Below are positions 18,754 through 27,633 of a DNA stretch of 61,545 bases, in pieces. Source of the stretch: a virus (Duplodnaviria; Caudoviricetes); IMG/VR virus record IMGVR_UViG_3300035673_000003, positions 1-61,545 of that record; one strand, given 5' to 3'. The translations under genes were made by a program, and so were the position numbers. Under the pieces are notes generated by a model. It was given only the letters and a program-made list of their open reading frames with translations, was not told where the DNA came from and made no database searches. Numbering within the stretch: the first letter of the stretch is position 1; each line of letters begins with the position of its first letter.

Positions 18754-19536
18754 TTAGCTGCGGCGGAATAGTGCTTCGGCTTCCTCGTAGACGCGCACGC
18801 CATCGACTTTGGTGGCGCCCTTCTGTTTCTTCACGACGGCGCGGACGGCCTTGTCGATGTCAGCGGGCGCAAAAAACATTCGCAGCGCGTTGAGGTCGAC
18901 CTTCGTGTAGTCCTCAATCTGGAATTTCCAGACCATCACGGCTGTTGCCAAGCCGCTGTCGCTGCGGACGCGGGCGATGTCGGCGGCCTTTGGAGCCGGC
19001 GCGGCCTGTGCTTGGCTACTCAGCTGATCGGACGCGCGGACGTGCTCGACCGCCTGATCCGTGTCGCCAAACTCGGCTGCGACTTGGGCGTCTTTCGCGT
19101 GCTGATCGGCCGCCGCGCGCAAGCGCGCCTGTTCCTCGGCCCTCTCGCGTAGCTCCGCTGCGATCTTCGCGCGGGAGTACACGGTCGCCCGTTCCTTCGC
19201 GGCCTCGACGATCTTGACGCAGCGATCTATCGGCCCGCCGAAAACGCTCTTGATGACCTGAGTGATCGGCCGCTGCTCATTGAGGCGGGCGGTGTCGAGC
19301 ACCTTCAACAGCGAGTTGGCGTCAAGGCCTATCTCCGTCCAGGCGCTCAGATCCTGGTCGGTCGCGATCTTCTCCGGCGCATCGTTGGCGCGGGCGGCGA
19401 TCGCCTCGACCTTCGCCAAGTCCAGTCCATAGGTCTCGACCAGTTCGGACGCGAACAGCTCGTGGACCTTCGGCGGCTTGTTACCGCCGAGGCCGAGCCG
19501 CGGATCGACCGCCTCAGAAACGAGCTTGTTCGGCAT
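18754..19536 (-). CDS. Coiled-coil protein associated with the recombination module
   Basis: GGNKPP N-terminal motif, helical body, C-terminal GVRVYEE; strong RBS AAGGAG. Confidence 0.75.
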   Translation of the reverse strand: MPNKLVSEAVDPRLGLGGNKPPKVHELFASELVETYGLDLAKVEAIAARANDAPEKIATDQDLSAWTEIGLDANSLLKVLDTARLNEQRPITQVIKSVFGGPIDRCVKIVEAAKERATVYSRAKIAAELRERAEEQARLRAAADQHAKDAQVAAEFGDTDQAVEHVRASDQLSSQAQAAPAPKAADIARVRSDSGLATAVMVWKFQIEDYTKVDLNALRMFFAPADIDKAVRAVVKKQKGATKVDGVRVYEEAEALFRRS

Positions 19537-20470
19537 CTATGATCTCCTTTGGCCGCAAGTCGGTGACGTTGAGTTTCCGGTACCGCGTCGGCTTCACTTC
19601 GAAGCCTTTGCGGTCAACAGTCTTGTGCGTGACCATGAAGCCGTGGAAGTGGGCCAACTCGGCCGCGCCCATCTTCGCCTTCAATTCGGTTTCGATCTCG
19701 CTAATGCTGGCCTCGGCCTCGGCAATCTCCGTCTTGAGCCGCGCGCGCTCCGCGAGCGCGGAGGTCAGGTAATTGTCGCCGGTAAGGTCGATGTGTATGA
19801 GCGGGTCGCTCTCGGGGTACATGAGCTTGACCAGCGAGGCGTCAACGCTGCCGCTGGCGTCCGGCTCGATCTGCCACTCCACGTCCTGCCAGAATTGAGC
19901 GACGTCGTTCCGGATCGCGGCCTCGGCGCCGGCGTGACGGTCGAATTCGAAAATGTGCACGTCGTCACGAAACGGATGGTCGATGTAGACCGCGATGGCG
20001 CCGAACGCCGCGTCGTGGAGCATCGCCTCCGTGAGAGCTTGCAGCCTGATCCACATGGGCGGCGCAATCACGCCGTCCTCGTCGCGCCACGCCTTCTCAA
20101 AAACGCCTGCGATAGAGAGCTTAGTCTGGAGAATGCCCACGCCGCGAGGATCGCCGTGAATGTAGAAGTCGGGCGTTCCACCGAGCCGCAGCGACGGGTC
20201 GCGGAGATATTCCCCGGCCGGGACAATCTGCCACTCCGGACGCTCCTGACCGACGCGCGCGGCCACCGCCGCCTCGAGCAACGAGCCGCGCCGCATCCGG
20301 ACGTTCTCCTCGACCTTGAAGTCGAAGCCGGTTTTTTCTTTGTAGAGCCGGAGGCGCGACGTGTACGGGTGCAGCCCGCGCAGCGCACCTATGGTGCTGG
20401 CTGTCACGTCGCCCTTGCGGAGATCGAGCCACTGCTCGCGGCTCGTGATCGGGATCCGTTGAACAATCAT
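19514..20470 (-). CDS. YqaJ-like (lambda-exonuclease family) nuclease
   Basis: SREQWLDLRKGDVTAS, GSLLE, GGTPDF and LQTK motifs; partner of RecT. Confidence 0.88.
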   Translation of the reverse strand: MIVQRIPITSREQWLDLRKGDVTASTIGALRGLHPYTSRLRLYKEKTGFDFKVEENVRMRRGSLLEAAVAARVGQERPEWQIVPAGEYLRDPSLRLGGTPDFYIHGDPRGVGILQTKLSIAGVFEKAWRDEDGVIAPPMWIRLQALTEAMLHDAAFGAIAVYIDHPFRDDVHIFEFDRHAGAEAAIRNDVAQFWQDVEWQIEPDASGSVDASLVKLMYPESDPLIHIDLTGDNYLTSALAERARLKTEIAEAEASISEIETELKAKMGAAELAHFHGFMVTHKTVDRKGFEVKPTRYRKLNVTDLRPKEIIDAEQARF

Positions 20471-20661
20471 TGCGCGGCGGCGTCCGCGAAAGCACCACGA
20501 AGAAGCGGCTCCAACTCTTGCGCCGCGCTCCACAACTCAACGTCCACGATAGCGTCGAACAGTGCGTCCATGTCAGGCTCGATGACGCGCTCCGGCAAGT
20601 CGGAGGCAACGTCGGCGAGCTCGTCAGTGACGAACGGGCTCGGAGGGAGAGGGGTGGTCAT
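20467..20661 (-). CDS. Hypothetical protein (64 aa)
   Basis: ATGA coupling in the operon. Confidence 0.6.
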   Translation of the reverse strand: MTTPLPPSPFVTDELADVASDLPERVIEPDMDALFDAIVDVELWSAAQELEPLLRGAFADAAAQ

Positions 20662-20885
20662 TGTGCAAGTTCCTTTGCCGATGGGGACAACTCAAACACA
20701 ACAACAACGCTAGGAATTCCGCCGAAGTAGGTAAGCGCGCGCTCGCGGTAGAGGCGCGTCATGCGCGCCTTCGACAACGCTCCCCACGGCGGTGCGAACC
20801 GCAGCGCTAACTCGTCGATGGCGAGGGCTTGCTTAAAAATCTCGTGCTCGATCGCCTTACTCTGCGCCGGTGATATGATCCGCAT
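20658..20885 (-). CDS. Hypothetical protein (75 aa)
   Basis: Operon packing. Confidence 0.6.
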   Translation of the reverse strand: MRIISPAQSKAIEHEIFKQALAIDELALRFAPPWGALSKARMTRLYRERALTYFGGIPSVVVVFELSPSAKELAQ

Positions 20886-20888
20886 CGC

Positions 20889-21077
20889 TCACGCCCACGA
20901 CCGCTTGAGGCCGATGCGGCGCGTCTGCTCGATCACTTCGTCCACGCAAGCGAGGATGTCACCGCTGAGATAGCCGAGGATTTGCAGCTTGCGGATCACG
21001 TCGCGCTCGTCGCCCAGGTCGACGTCGAGGCAACGGAGCTTGGCAACCATCGAGGCAACGAGGTCGTGGCGCGTCAT
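20889..21077 (-). CDS. Hypothetical protein (62 aa)
   Basis: Operon packing. Confidence 0.6.
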   Translation of the reverse strand: MTRHDLVASMVAKLRCLDVDLGDERDVIRKLQILGYLSGDILACVDEVIEQTRRIGLKRSWA

Positions 21078-21367
21078 GGCCGCACCTCGAAGTTACCGTC
21101 AGCATTGCGGACGACGATGCCGAGCAACAATCCGGAGGAGATGATTGCTGTCTGGCGCTGAATGTCATTTTGGCGCGCTTTCTCGCCCATCACAGCCGCG
21201 TCGATCGACCAGAAGCCGAGCGGCCCGGTCGATCGGCCGAGCGTATGGTGCGACACCATCGAGAACGCGAGTTGCCGGAGAGTTTCTCGCCGAGGTGGGC
21301 AAGCCAGCTTCAAAAGCAGCCGGAGTTGGATGCGCTGTAGCGAGAGAGCTTCGTTTTGTGTTGTCAT
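21074..21367 (-). CDS. First gene of the leftward operon (97 aa, hypothetical)
   Basis: ATG about 30 nt downstream of the PL-like promoter. Confidence 0.55.
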   Translation of the reverse strand: MTTQNEALSLQRIQLRLLLKLACPPRRETLRQLAFSMVSHHTLGRSTGPLGFWSIDAAVMGEKARQNDIQRQTAIISSGLLLGIVVRNADGNFEVRP

Positions 21368-21399
21368 GTGCCCGCCGGACCAAATCAGTTGGTGCGGTA

Positions 21400-21442
21400 G
21401 GACTACATTCCGTAGCGTGACGGTGTCAACTACGCATCGTAG
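21400..21442 (-). promoter_or_regulatory. PL-like promoter with two CTAC-N5-GTAG operators
   Basis: TTGACA (21429-21424), 18 nt, TAGTCC; palindromes CTACATTCCGTAG (21403-21415) and CTACGCATCGTAG (21430-21442). Confidence 0.75.
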
Positions 21443-21479
21443 GAAATATTTTAGGGCGCCGCCGTCAGGCGAGCGACCG

Positions 21480-21659
21480 ATGCACCGATGCACCGTCGTG
21501 TAGGAACCTTGGAACTGAACCTATTCCACTAGACGCGCCCTAAAGGGCGCTAGTGATAGATTAGAATATAACTACTCCGCGCGAGCGCGCGCGTAGCAAG
21601 GTCCGTGCCGGATCGACGGGTGCATCACGATGCACCGCAAATGCACCGTCGATGCACCC
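21480..21659. repeat. Iteron cluster A (ATGCACC/GGTGCAT x6) with GCGCCCT-AA-AGGGCGC hairpin and AT-rich patch; candidate replication origin
   Basis: Copies at 21480, 21488, 21619 (inverted), 21630, 21641 and 21652. Confidence 0.6.
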
Positions 21660-21698
21660 GATTGTGGCGAGACCGTGCGCCTGTGGATAACGGGGAGA

Positions 21699-22328
21699 TC
21701 AGCGCGGCGCGATGGCCACGATCTTGGACGCCCAGACGATCCGTGTGCGGTCGACTACTTGGGCAGACCCGGTTTCGTAGTGTTCGATCTCCGCGCCTTT
21801 GACCCTGCGGAGAACAATGCGGTTACCTTCGAGGCCGAGAACAGCAAGACCTTGAAGGCCGCCCGGCTTGAACGGCTCGCGGTGATCCTCGAAAAAGGCA
21901 TACATGCCTTCTGCCAAGCTTCTGCCCTTAATTTCGAGCGCCACCGTGCGGTCGGTTGCAAACCCTTGACGCTCCAGGCGATCGGCATCGAAGCCATATA
22001 GCGAGCCTTCCCCCGTAGGCACGCCAAACCAGCCGATGACTGGCGTGGTGTGCTGTTCAACCCTTGTTGGAGACCCGCTGGCCTTGGCTCTGGCGATAAC
22101 GGGCGAAGCACCTTCTCCGGTGTATAGCCAGCTCGCGTCACACTGCAGGTGTGGAGACCAGCCTTTCGCCTCCTCCCACTTGAAGTCTCGGCCGCCCGGC
22201 TGCTGCGCCCGCTCCTTCGAACTGTAGGTTGATACCGCAAGTCCAAGCTTCTTCGCCATATCGGCTTGGTTAAGCCCCAAACGCTCGCGAGCGATCCGTA
22301 ACCGGTCGCCTCGTGTGTTCTTCTCCAT
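21699..22328 (-). CDS. cI: CI-like repressor (XRE HTH plus degenerate S24-like domain)
   Basis: RLRIARERLGLNQADMAKKLGLAVSTYSSKE HTH; divergent from a cro-like gene. Confidence 0.85.
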   Translation of the reverse strand: MEKNTRGDRLRIARERLGLNQADMAKKLGLAVSTYSSKERAQQPGGRDFKWEEAKGWSPHLQCDASWLYTGEGASPVIARAKASGSPTRVEQHTTPVIGWFGVPTGEGSLYGFDADRLERQGFATDRTVALEIKGRSLAEGMYAFFEDHREPFKPGGLQGLAVLGLEGNRIVLRRVKGAEIEHYETGSAQVVDRTRIVWASKIVAIAPR

Positions 22329-22399
22329 CAAATCACCCCTGCAGAACGCAAATTGGAATTCTGTCAACACAGAATTGGTCGGTTATACCATAAAAATCG

Positions 22400-22441
22400 C
22401 TACGAAAGGTAGTTGACTTAAAAAAACACAAAACGTAGTGC
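22400..22441 (+). promoter_or_regulatory. PR-like promoter with CTAC-N5-GTAG operator(s)
   Basis: TTGACT (22413-22418), 17 nt, TAGTGC (22436-22441); CTACGAAAGGTAG (22400-22412) and a degenerate ACACAAAACGTAG (22426-22438). Confidence 0.75.
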
Positions 22442-22476
22442 TGCCAGACCGTCGGCAAATCAGAGGCATATTCGGG

Positions 22477-22731
22477 ATGGCACGCGCAAAGACACTGGAC
22501 GACCTGATTGCACTCTGGCCGAGCGTTGCGGCGTTCGGAGAGGACGCCGGATCGGGTCTTCTCGATCCGAAGCCGGTCAGGGCGAACCACGTCCACACGA
22601 TCAAGGCGCGCAAGAAGCTGCCGAGCGAGTACTGGCCGGGCATCATCGCTGGCGCGAAGGCGCGCGGGATCCGCGGGATCACGGCCGAGCTGCTCCTCGA
22701 AATTCAAACCCACATGGCCGAGACAGCATGA
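22477..22731 (+). CDS. cro: Cro-like regulator
   Basis: DLIALWPSVAAFGEDAG...RKKLPSEYWPGII..AKARGI.GIT.E.L; divergent from cI. Confidence 0.75.
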   Translation: MARAKTLDDLIALWPSVAAFGEDAGSGLLDPKPVRANHVHTIKARKKLPSEYWPGIIAGAKARGIRGITAELLLEIQTHMAETA

Positions 22732-22964
22732 GGCGACAAAAGCACTATCCGTTGCTTGAGGCCGCGATCCGCCAGCATCTTGGCAACGATTGGACGTCGC
22801 CGCGCGCTCTGGCCGAGCGATTGACGATTTGGGAAGTCAACACCGTGCGCGACGCGCTGCGTGTCATGGCGCATCGGGGTGAGTTCGAAGGGCGGAGCCA
22901 GGTAGTGCACTCAGCTAAGACCATGAGGCTCTACCGCGCGCCCAGCCACCAGCGTAGCGCGTAA
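22728..22964 (+). CDS. Small winged-HTH-like protein (78 aa)
   Basis: TSPRALAERL...NTVRDALRVM..RG; CII-like position. Confidence 0.55.
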   Translation: MRRQKHYPLLEAAIRQHLGNDWTSPRALAERLTIWEVNTVRDALRVMAHRGEFEGRSQVVHSAKTMRLYRAPSHQRSA

Positions 22965-23010
22965 AAGTCCGAAAGCATCACAGAACAAACCAAACACCAG
23001 CGAGGGGTCA

Positions 23011-23370
23011 ATGGCGGAAGCAGCGAGAGCGAACAATATCAGCCGCGAGGAGATCGAGGCTTATCTGGATCGATGGGAAGGCCTTGAGGAGGAGGCTCTC
23101 GGGATCATGATGACGGCGATGGCGGAGTGCAAAAACGGGCCGCGCTCGGGGCAAAAAGACCTCCGCGCCGAAATGAAGGGCAAGGGCGTCCGGATGAAAA
23201 CGTTTAACGCGTTGTGGGCGCAGCGCGACTTTGAGCGCAAGGCACGCGCGAAGCTCGACGCTCTGGAGGACGACGACCGCGACCAGATGCGGGAATTTGT
23301 CCAAGCGATGGGCGACACGCCGTTCGGCCAGCTCATTCAGGCGCGATTGGACGAACCGCTCCTTCCCTGA
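23011..23370 (+). CDS. GapR/DUF2312-like DNA-binding protein
   Basis: YLDRWEGLEEE...KDLRAEMKGKG...K.F.AL...R...AMGDTPFG resembles the GapR-family pattern. Confidence 0.55.
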   Translation: MAEAARANNISREEIEAYLDRWEGLEEEALGIMMTAMAECKNGPRSGQKDLRAEMKGKGVRMKTFNALWAQRDFERKARAKLDALEDDDRDQMREFVQAMGDTPFGQLIQARLDEPLLP

Positions 23371-23459
23371 TCGTTTTTCCTTTTTTAGTAAAAATCGAAC
23401 CAGCTGCGGCATGTGTATAGCCGCAGCCAAAGGCGAGCCGTCTCGCCCATGGTCGAGCT

Positions 23460-24008
23460 ATGCCCTTTGTCGGCAAAATCATGACGTTCGACCTCGCCGC
23501 CAGCACTGGCTTTGCGAAGGGCGATCCGGACGCGCTACCGTCGTTCGGATCGCACCTATTCAAATCGACAGGCGATAATTTCGGCAGGCATCAAGCGAAC
23601 GTCCGCGAGTGGCTCGGGCAAATCCTCGTCGTCGAAAGACCGGCGCTGATCGGCTACGAGCAGCCGAGCGTGTTCAGCAAGACGACGCCGGCGACCATCA
23701 TCAAGCTCTGTTCCTACGCCTCGACGCTGGAGGAGCTGTGTCTGCGGGAAAACCTCAACATTCCGGTGCGGCAGGTTAATCCGTCACAGGTGAAAAAATT
23801 CTGGACCGGCAAAGGCAACGCAAAAAAGCCGGACATGGAGGCGCGCGCCAAGAAGCTCGGCTTCGCGGTCCGCAACGATGACGAAGCCGACGCGGTCGCC
23901 CAGTGGTTCTACATGGTCCATTGCTATGGCTCGGAGGAGCAAATCGCCCGCTTCGAGCAGATGCGGTTCGAAGTTGACATGGGCCGCGCGCAAAAGGCGG
24001 TGTTCTGA
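23460..24008 (+). CDS. RuvC-like Holliday junction resolvase
   Basis: IMTFDLAASTGFA, GYEQP, VKKFWTGKGNAKK and DDEADAVA. Confidence 0.85.
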   Translation: MPFVGKIMTFDLAASTGFAKGDPDALPSFGSHLFKSTGDNFGRHQANVREWLGQILVVERPALIGYEQPSVFSKTTPATIIKLCSYASTLEELCLRENLNIPVRQVNPSQVKKFWTGKGNAKKPDMEARAKKLGFAVRNDDEADAVAQWFYMVHCYGSEEQIARFEQMRFEVDMGRAQKAVF

Positions 24009-24292
24009 TGAACCCCGCCGCCGAGAAGCGCGCCGACGAAGCGATCACCGTCGCGATGGAGTTTGCCGAGTGCAAGCTCTCGCTGGCCCAAATGATCGAC
24101 TTCGTCTGGCTGCAAGTGCACCTGATCCTCGGCAGTCAGCGCGCGCGGCTTCTTGCTGGTCTCACGGAGGAGCCAGACGCGAGCGAGATCGACCGCGCCG
24201 CTTGCGGCATGGCTGTGGTGAAGTTTCTGGAGAACCTGCGCGACCGCCCCAAGGAAGCCGCTGCCTGGCTGCGGAGCCGCGACAATGGATAG
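24008..24292 (+). CDS. Hypothetical protein (94 aa)
   Basis: Translationally coupled on both sides. Confidence 0.65.
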   Translation: MNPAAEKRADEAITVAMEFAECKLSLAQMIDFVWLQVHLILGSQRARLLAGLTEEPDASEIDRAACGMAVVKFLENLRDRPKEAAAWLRSRDNG

Positions 24293-24677
24293 ACCCGACT
24301 TCGGACTAGGCTCGTATTTCCATATCAAGTGGACGCCGGAGCGGGTCGCCTACGTGCGCCATTGCGCCACTGAATTGAAGATGAGCGCGGCGGCGATCGC
24401 CAAGGACATTGGCCTCGACGCGCGCGGCGGGCCGCGCATCGCGAACGCCTGCAAAGTGCACGGCATCCGGTTGCAGGGCAAAGGCGGAAGGCCGCCGCGC
24501 CGCACGCCGCCGATCCTGCTGGAGATCCCACTCGATTATCTGCCGACCCTCGAAAGGCTCGGCATCAAGCACAAACGTTCCCGCGTGGAGATCACAAGCC
24601 TCCTGCTTGAAGCGATGTTCTCGCAGGGCGAAACGTTCCTCGAAAACCTATTGGATTTGGACGGCGCCGGTGACTGA
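24285..24677 (+). CDS. GcrA-like N-terminal HTH protein
   Basis: WTPERVAYVR...MSAAAIAKDIG matches the GcrA N-terminal W-T-x-E-R-V...S-A-x-x-I-A pattern. Confidence 0.55.
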   Translation: MDRPDFGLGSYFHIKWTPERVAYVRHCATELKMSAAAIAKDIGLDARGGPRIANACKVHGIRLQGKGGRPPRRTPPILLEIPLDYLPTLERLGIKHKRSRVEITSLLLEAMFSQGETFLENLLDLDGAGD

Positions 24678-26355
24678 CGTTGTGGAAGATCAATATCTGC
24701 CGGGCGACATCGAAGGCGAGGGCGGGGAGAAGCTGTCGGACCAACTCGCTGAACATCGCTTGATCGGCATTCTCTTACGCAACCCTGAGATCGCCGCAGA
24801 AATCCGAAGCCTAGTCTCCCCGCAAGAATTCTTTGATCGCGCTCTGGGGCGAGCATTTGACGGTATCGTGGCGGCAGAAGGGCTGCTCAGGAACGAGGAC
24901 GTGATCGACTGGCTCGGCGGTTCTGCCGTCACGTTCGGCGATCGCACGGCGAAGCAATTCGTCGGCCACCTGATTGGCGAGAGCATGGACCTCACGCCGG
25001 CCGACGCCTCGGTGTACGCCAACTCCATCTTCGAATGTGCCGAGCGGCGCTTCACACAGGCGGGCGACACTAACCTGGTCGGTGCCGACGCGTGGCAGTC
25101 CAAGATGGGGCTCTCGACGTGGGGCGATCGCAACTCCGCAGTGACCGACGAATACGACGAGCTGGTGGAGGGCATCATTCCCGAGCGCGAGCTCGTCATA
25201 ATGATCGGCCCGACACAGGCGGGCAAATCGTTTCTCGGCCGTCATCTGTGCTACTGCCTCGCCCGCGGCGTCGACTTCATGGGCCACCGCATCCTCAAGC
25301 CGGTCCCGGTTGTCTGGTGCGCCTATGAAGGCGGGCGCGGCATCAAGGCGCGCGATCAGGCCTATGAGAAGGCGACCGGCTTCGTCGGCGACATGCTGCT
25401 CGCCAACCTAGCCGAGCCGATCGACCTCTGGTCAAAAGAGCTCAACGTTGAGGAGCTGATTAAAGAGATCGAGGGCATCAAGCGCACGGAATTCGGCGGC
25501 CGCGATCCGGCCGCCATTTTCATTGACACGCACAACGCCGCGACACCTGGCGCCTCGGAGATCGACAGCGCTGACGTCTCCAAGATCAGGGACCGCTACA
25601 AGCGGATCGCCTCCGTGTTCAAGTGCACGGTCATCATCATCGGCCACACCAACTCGCTCGGCAAAATGCGCGGCAACGAGCAGCTGCCGAACAACGCGGA
25701 AACGGTAATCATCGTCAACAAAAAGACGCGCACCGAAAACCGCCAGATCATTCAGGTCAAGGACAACGACGCGCGCGACGTTCGCCACGTCGAGCTGTGG
25801 AAGCAGCGCGAGGGCCAGACCGGCCCGCTGTTCGACTTCGTTCTGCCCGCCTACGAAACCGGCCTCAAAAACAAATTCGGCAAGTATCGGACATCGTGCG
25901 TGGTCACGCCGCCGAACTTCGAAAGCGAGCCGGAGAAGGTCGAGGAGAAAAAGACCGTCACCACCAAGGCTGGCTTCAAGCTCACCGACATCGAGGATCA
26001 GTTCTTCGGCGTTCTGTGGAAGCAGCTTATGGAGGCCGGCGCCGACGCGCCGCCCGAGCTCAATCTCCCCAAGGGGACACGCGTGGTGCATCGCTCCGTG
26101 GTCGGCAAGGCCTATCGCGAAAGCTCAATTCCGGAGGACGGCGCGCAGCCGGTGAATTCCAACACCGTCAAGGCGCGGTGGGATCGCTCGTCGCGGCGGC
26201 TGCGAAAGTTCGACGTGATCGGTTTTCAGGAGCCTTACTTCTGGTGGACGGGCAAGCCGATCTTGGGGCGGCCCGCGACCCAGCCTCAACGTTCTATGTC
26301 GTTCGACCGCGACGAAGCACCAACCACCGCCGAATTCGACGGCTTTCCGGAGTGA
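24670..26355 (+). CDS. Replicative helicase: DnaB-like N-terminus, RecA/RepA-type (AAA_25) ATPase and C-terminal DNA-binding-like region
   Basis: AEHRLIGILL, GPTQAGKS (Walker A), IFIDT (Walker B), IIIGHT, KQREG; GTG overlaps the upstream stop. Confidence 0.85.
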   Translation: MTDVVEDQYLPGDIEGEGGEKLSDQLAEHRLIGILLRNPEIAAEIRSLVSPQEFFDRALGRAFDGIVAAEGLLRNEDVIDWLGGSAVTFGDRTAKQFVGHLIGESMDLTPADASVYANSIFECAERRFTQAGDTNLVGADAWQSKMGLSTWGDRNSAVTDEYDELVEGIIPERELVIMIGPTQAGKSFLGRHLCYCLARGVDFMGHRILKPVPVVWCAYEGGRGIKARDQAYEKATGFVGDMLLANLAEPIDLWSKELNVEELIKEIEGIKRTEFGGRDPAAIFIDTHNAATPGASEIDSADVSKIRDRYKRIASVFKCTVIIIGHTNSLGKMRGNEQLPNNAETVIIVNKKTRTENRQIIQVKDNDARDVRHVELWKQREGQTGPLFDFVLPAYETGLKNKFGKYRTSCVVTPPNFESEPEKVEEKKTVTTKAGFKLTDIEDQFFGVLWKQLMEAGADAPPELNLPKGTRVVHRSVVGKAYRESSIPEDGAQPVNSNTVKARWDRSSRRLRKFDVIGFQEPYFWWTGKPILGRPATQPQRSMSFDRDEAPTTAEFDGFPE

Positions 26356-26360
26356 GCACC

Positions 26361-26570
26361 ATGCCTGAATTCTTCAACGCCCATCAGGTGATCGTCGGCT
26401 ACTGCGGCGTGCCGGAGTGCCGCTGTGTGCACGTCCAGCTGCTCGACGCCGACGGCGAGCCGCGCGCCCAGGCGGTGATCGCTTGCGAGGAAGTCGAGGC
26501 GATCATTGGCGACCTGCAGAAGGTTCGCGCTCACGTTCTCGGCGGCCACACCAGCTTGGGGAGGCATTAA
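26361..26570 (+). CDS. Hypothetical protein (69 aa, CxxxxCxCxH)
   Basis: GGAG RBS; operon packing. Confidence 0.55.
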   Translation: MPEFFNAHQVIVGYCGVPECRCVHVQLLDADGEPRAQAVIACEEVEAIIGDLQKVRAHVLGGHTSLGRH

Positions 26571-26571
26571 A

Positions 26572-26775
26572 ATGCCGTTTACCGACATTGAAAAGCTGGC
26601 CGAGATTGATCGCGAAATGGCGCTGCGTTGCATCGTCTATCGCTGGCAAATCCGGAAAGGCAAATTGAGCAAGGAGCAGGCTCAACGCCAGATGGGCATC
26701 CTCACCGCGATCCGGCTGGACTACGCCGCGAAAGTGGCCGCGGCTCCGCGCTCGGCAGGTCCGCTGTTCGAATGA
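26572..26775 (+). CDS. Hypothetical phage protein (67 aa)
   Basis: KLAEIDREMALR..VY...I.KGKLS...A.RQM; GGAGG RBS. Confidence 0.7.
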   Translation: MPFTDIEKLAEIDREMALRCIVYRWQIRKGKLSKEQAQRQMGILTAIRLDYAAKVAAAPRSAGPLFE

Positions 26776-27569
26776 TGGGTCGCGCCGCCAGACGCAAGCG
26801 GATCGCCGAGCAGATTGCGCTCGCGAAGGCGGCTGGCCGGCTCGACGTCATCGCTCGCCTTGAGGCCGCGTTGGAGCGGGTCGAGGACGAGGAGCGCGAG
26901 GAAGGGCGGATCGCATCGCGCGCGCGGCAACTCGACCGTCGGACCCACAAGGATCAGGACGGCAAGAAGCACACGCCGCAGCAAGAGCACTGGTGGCGGC
27001 GTCCGAAAGATTTACCGGAGCCGATAAAGCAACCGGACCTGACACCACCGGCCGGGCCCGGGGCCGAACTGGAGCCGCCGCCGCGCGACGGCCTGATCCC
27101 GGGCACCTTCAGGCTTTTGGATCCCACCCGCGTCGGCGGCATCGTGGACCGGCCGCGCGCGCCGAGGGTCTGGACCGGCCGTCACGTCGGCGCGCGGCTG
27201 ATCGAGGCGCACAAGGTCCTCGCGCGACTGCCCGCGACCATCGGCCCGAAGGAATTCGGCAAGGCGTGGCCCGCCTACAAGCACGAATTCGGGGAACAGG
27301 TGCTGCAGGCCGGCGCCGGGACCTTGCTGTTCGGCCGCAACGCTCCGCTGCGCGGCGCGACCGCCGACGAGGTCGCCCGCATGAGCGAGGCGATCTACTG
27401 GCCGATGCAATTTGCTGACCTGTTCCTGTCCGGGGAAGCCGCCGACGTGAACGCCTGGGCGGCCGACACCACGGAGGAGGAATTCGAGCACGACAGCAAG
27501 GGCGCGCCGTGGTCCGCGCTCTGGCGGATTGCCGAGGCCTTGAACGCGGCCCGGGAGATTGTCCGGTGA
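26772..27569 (+). CDS. Hypothetical protein, possible late-gene regulator
   Basis: WTGRHVGARLIEA..VL.RLP...GPK.FG.AWP motif of the kind seen in alphaproteobacterial prophage regulators (recognised by eye). Confidence 0.55.
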   Translation: MMGRAARRKRIAEQIALAKAAGRLDVIARLEAALERVEDEEREEGRIASRARQLDRRTHKDQDGKKHTPQQEHWWRRPKDLPEPIKQPDLTPPAGPGAELEPPPRDGLIPGTFRLLDPTRVGGIVDRPRAPRVWTGRHVGARLIEAHKVLARLPATIGPKEFGKAWPAYKHEFGEQVLQAGAGTLLFGRNAPLRGATADEVARMSEAIYWPMQFADLFLSGEAADVNAWAADTTEEEFEHDSKGAPWSALWRIAEALNAAREIVR

Positions 27570-27582
27570 ACTCTACGAAACG

Positions 27583-27598
27583 TGTTTCACGTGAAACT
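27583..27598. promoter_or_regulatory. parS: Chromosomal-type parS centromere site
   Basis: TGTTTCACGTGAAACT: 15/16 match to the consensus TGTTTCACGTGAAACA with a perfect 14-bp palindromic core; intergenic. Confidence 0.8.
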
Positions 27599-27633
27599 GT
27601 TCCCAAATGTGGAACTACAAAGGAGATCGCACA

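Noticed and set aside
21504-21520. Alphaproteobacterial LexA box (GAAC-N7-GAAC)
   Set aside because: The GAAC copies are not at the required 11-bp spacing.
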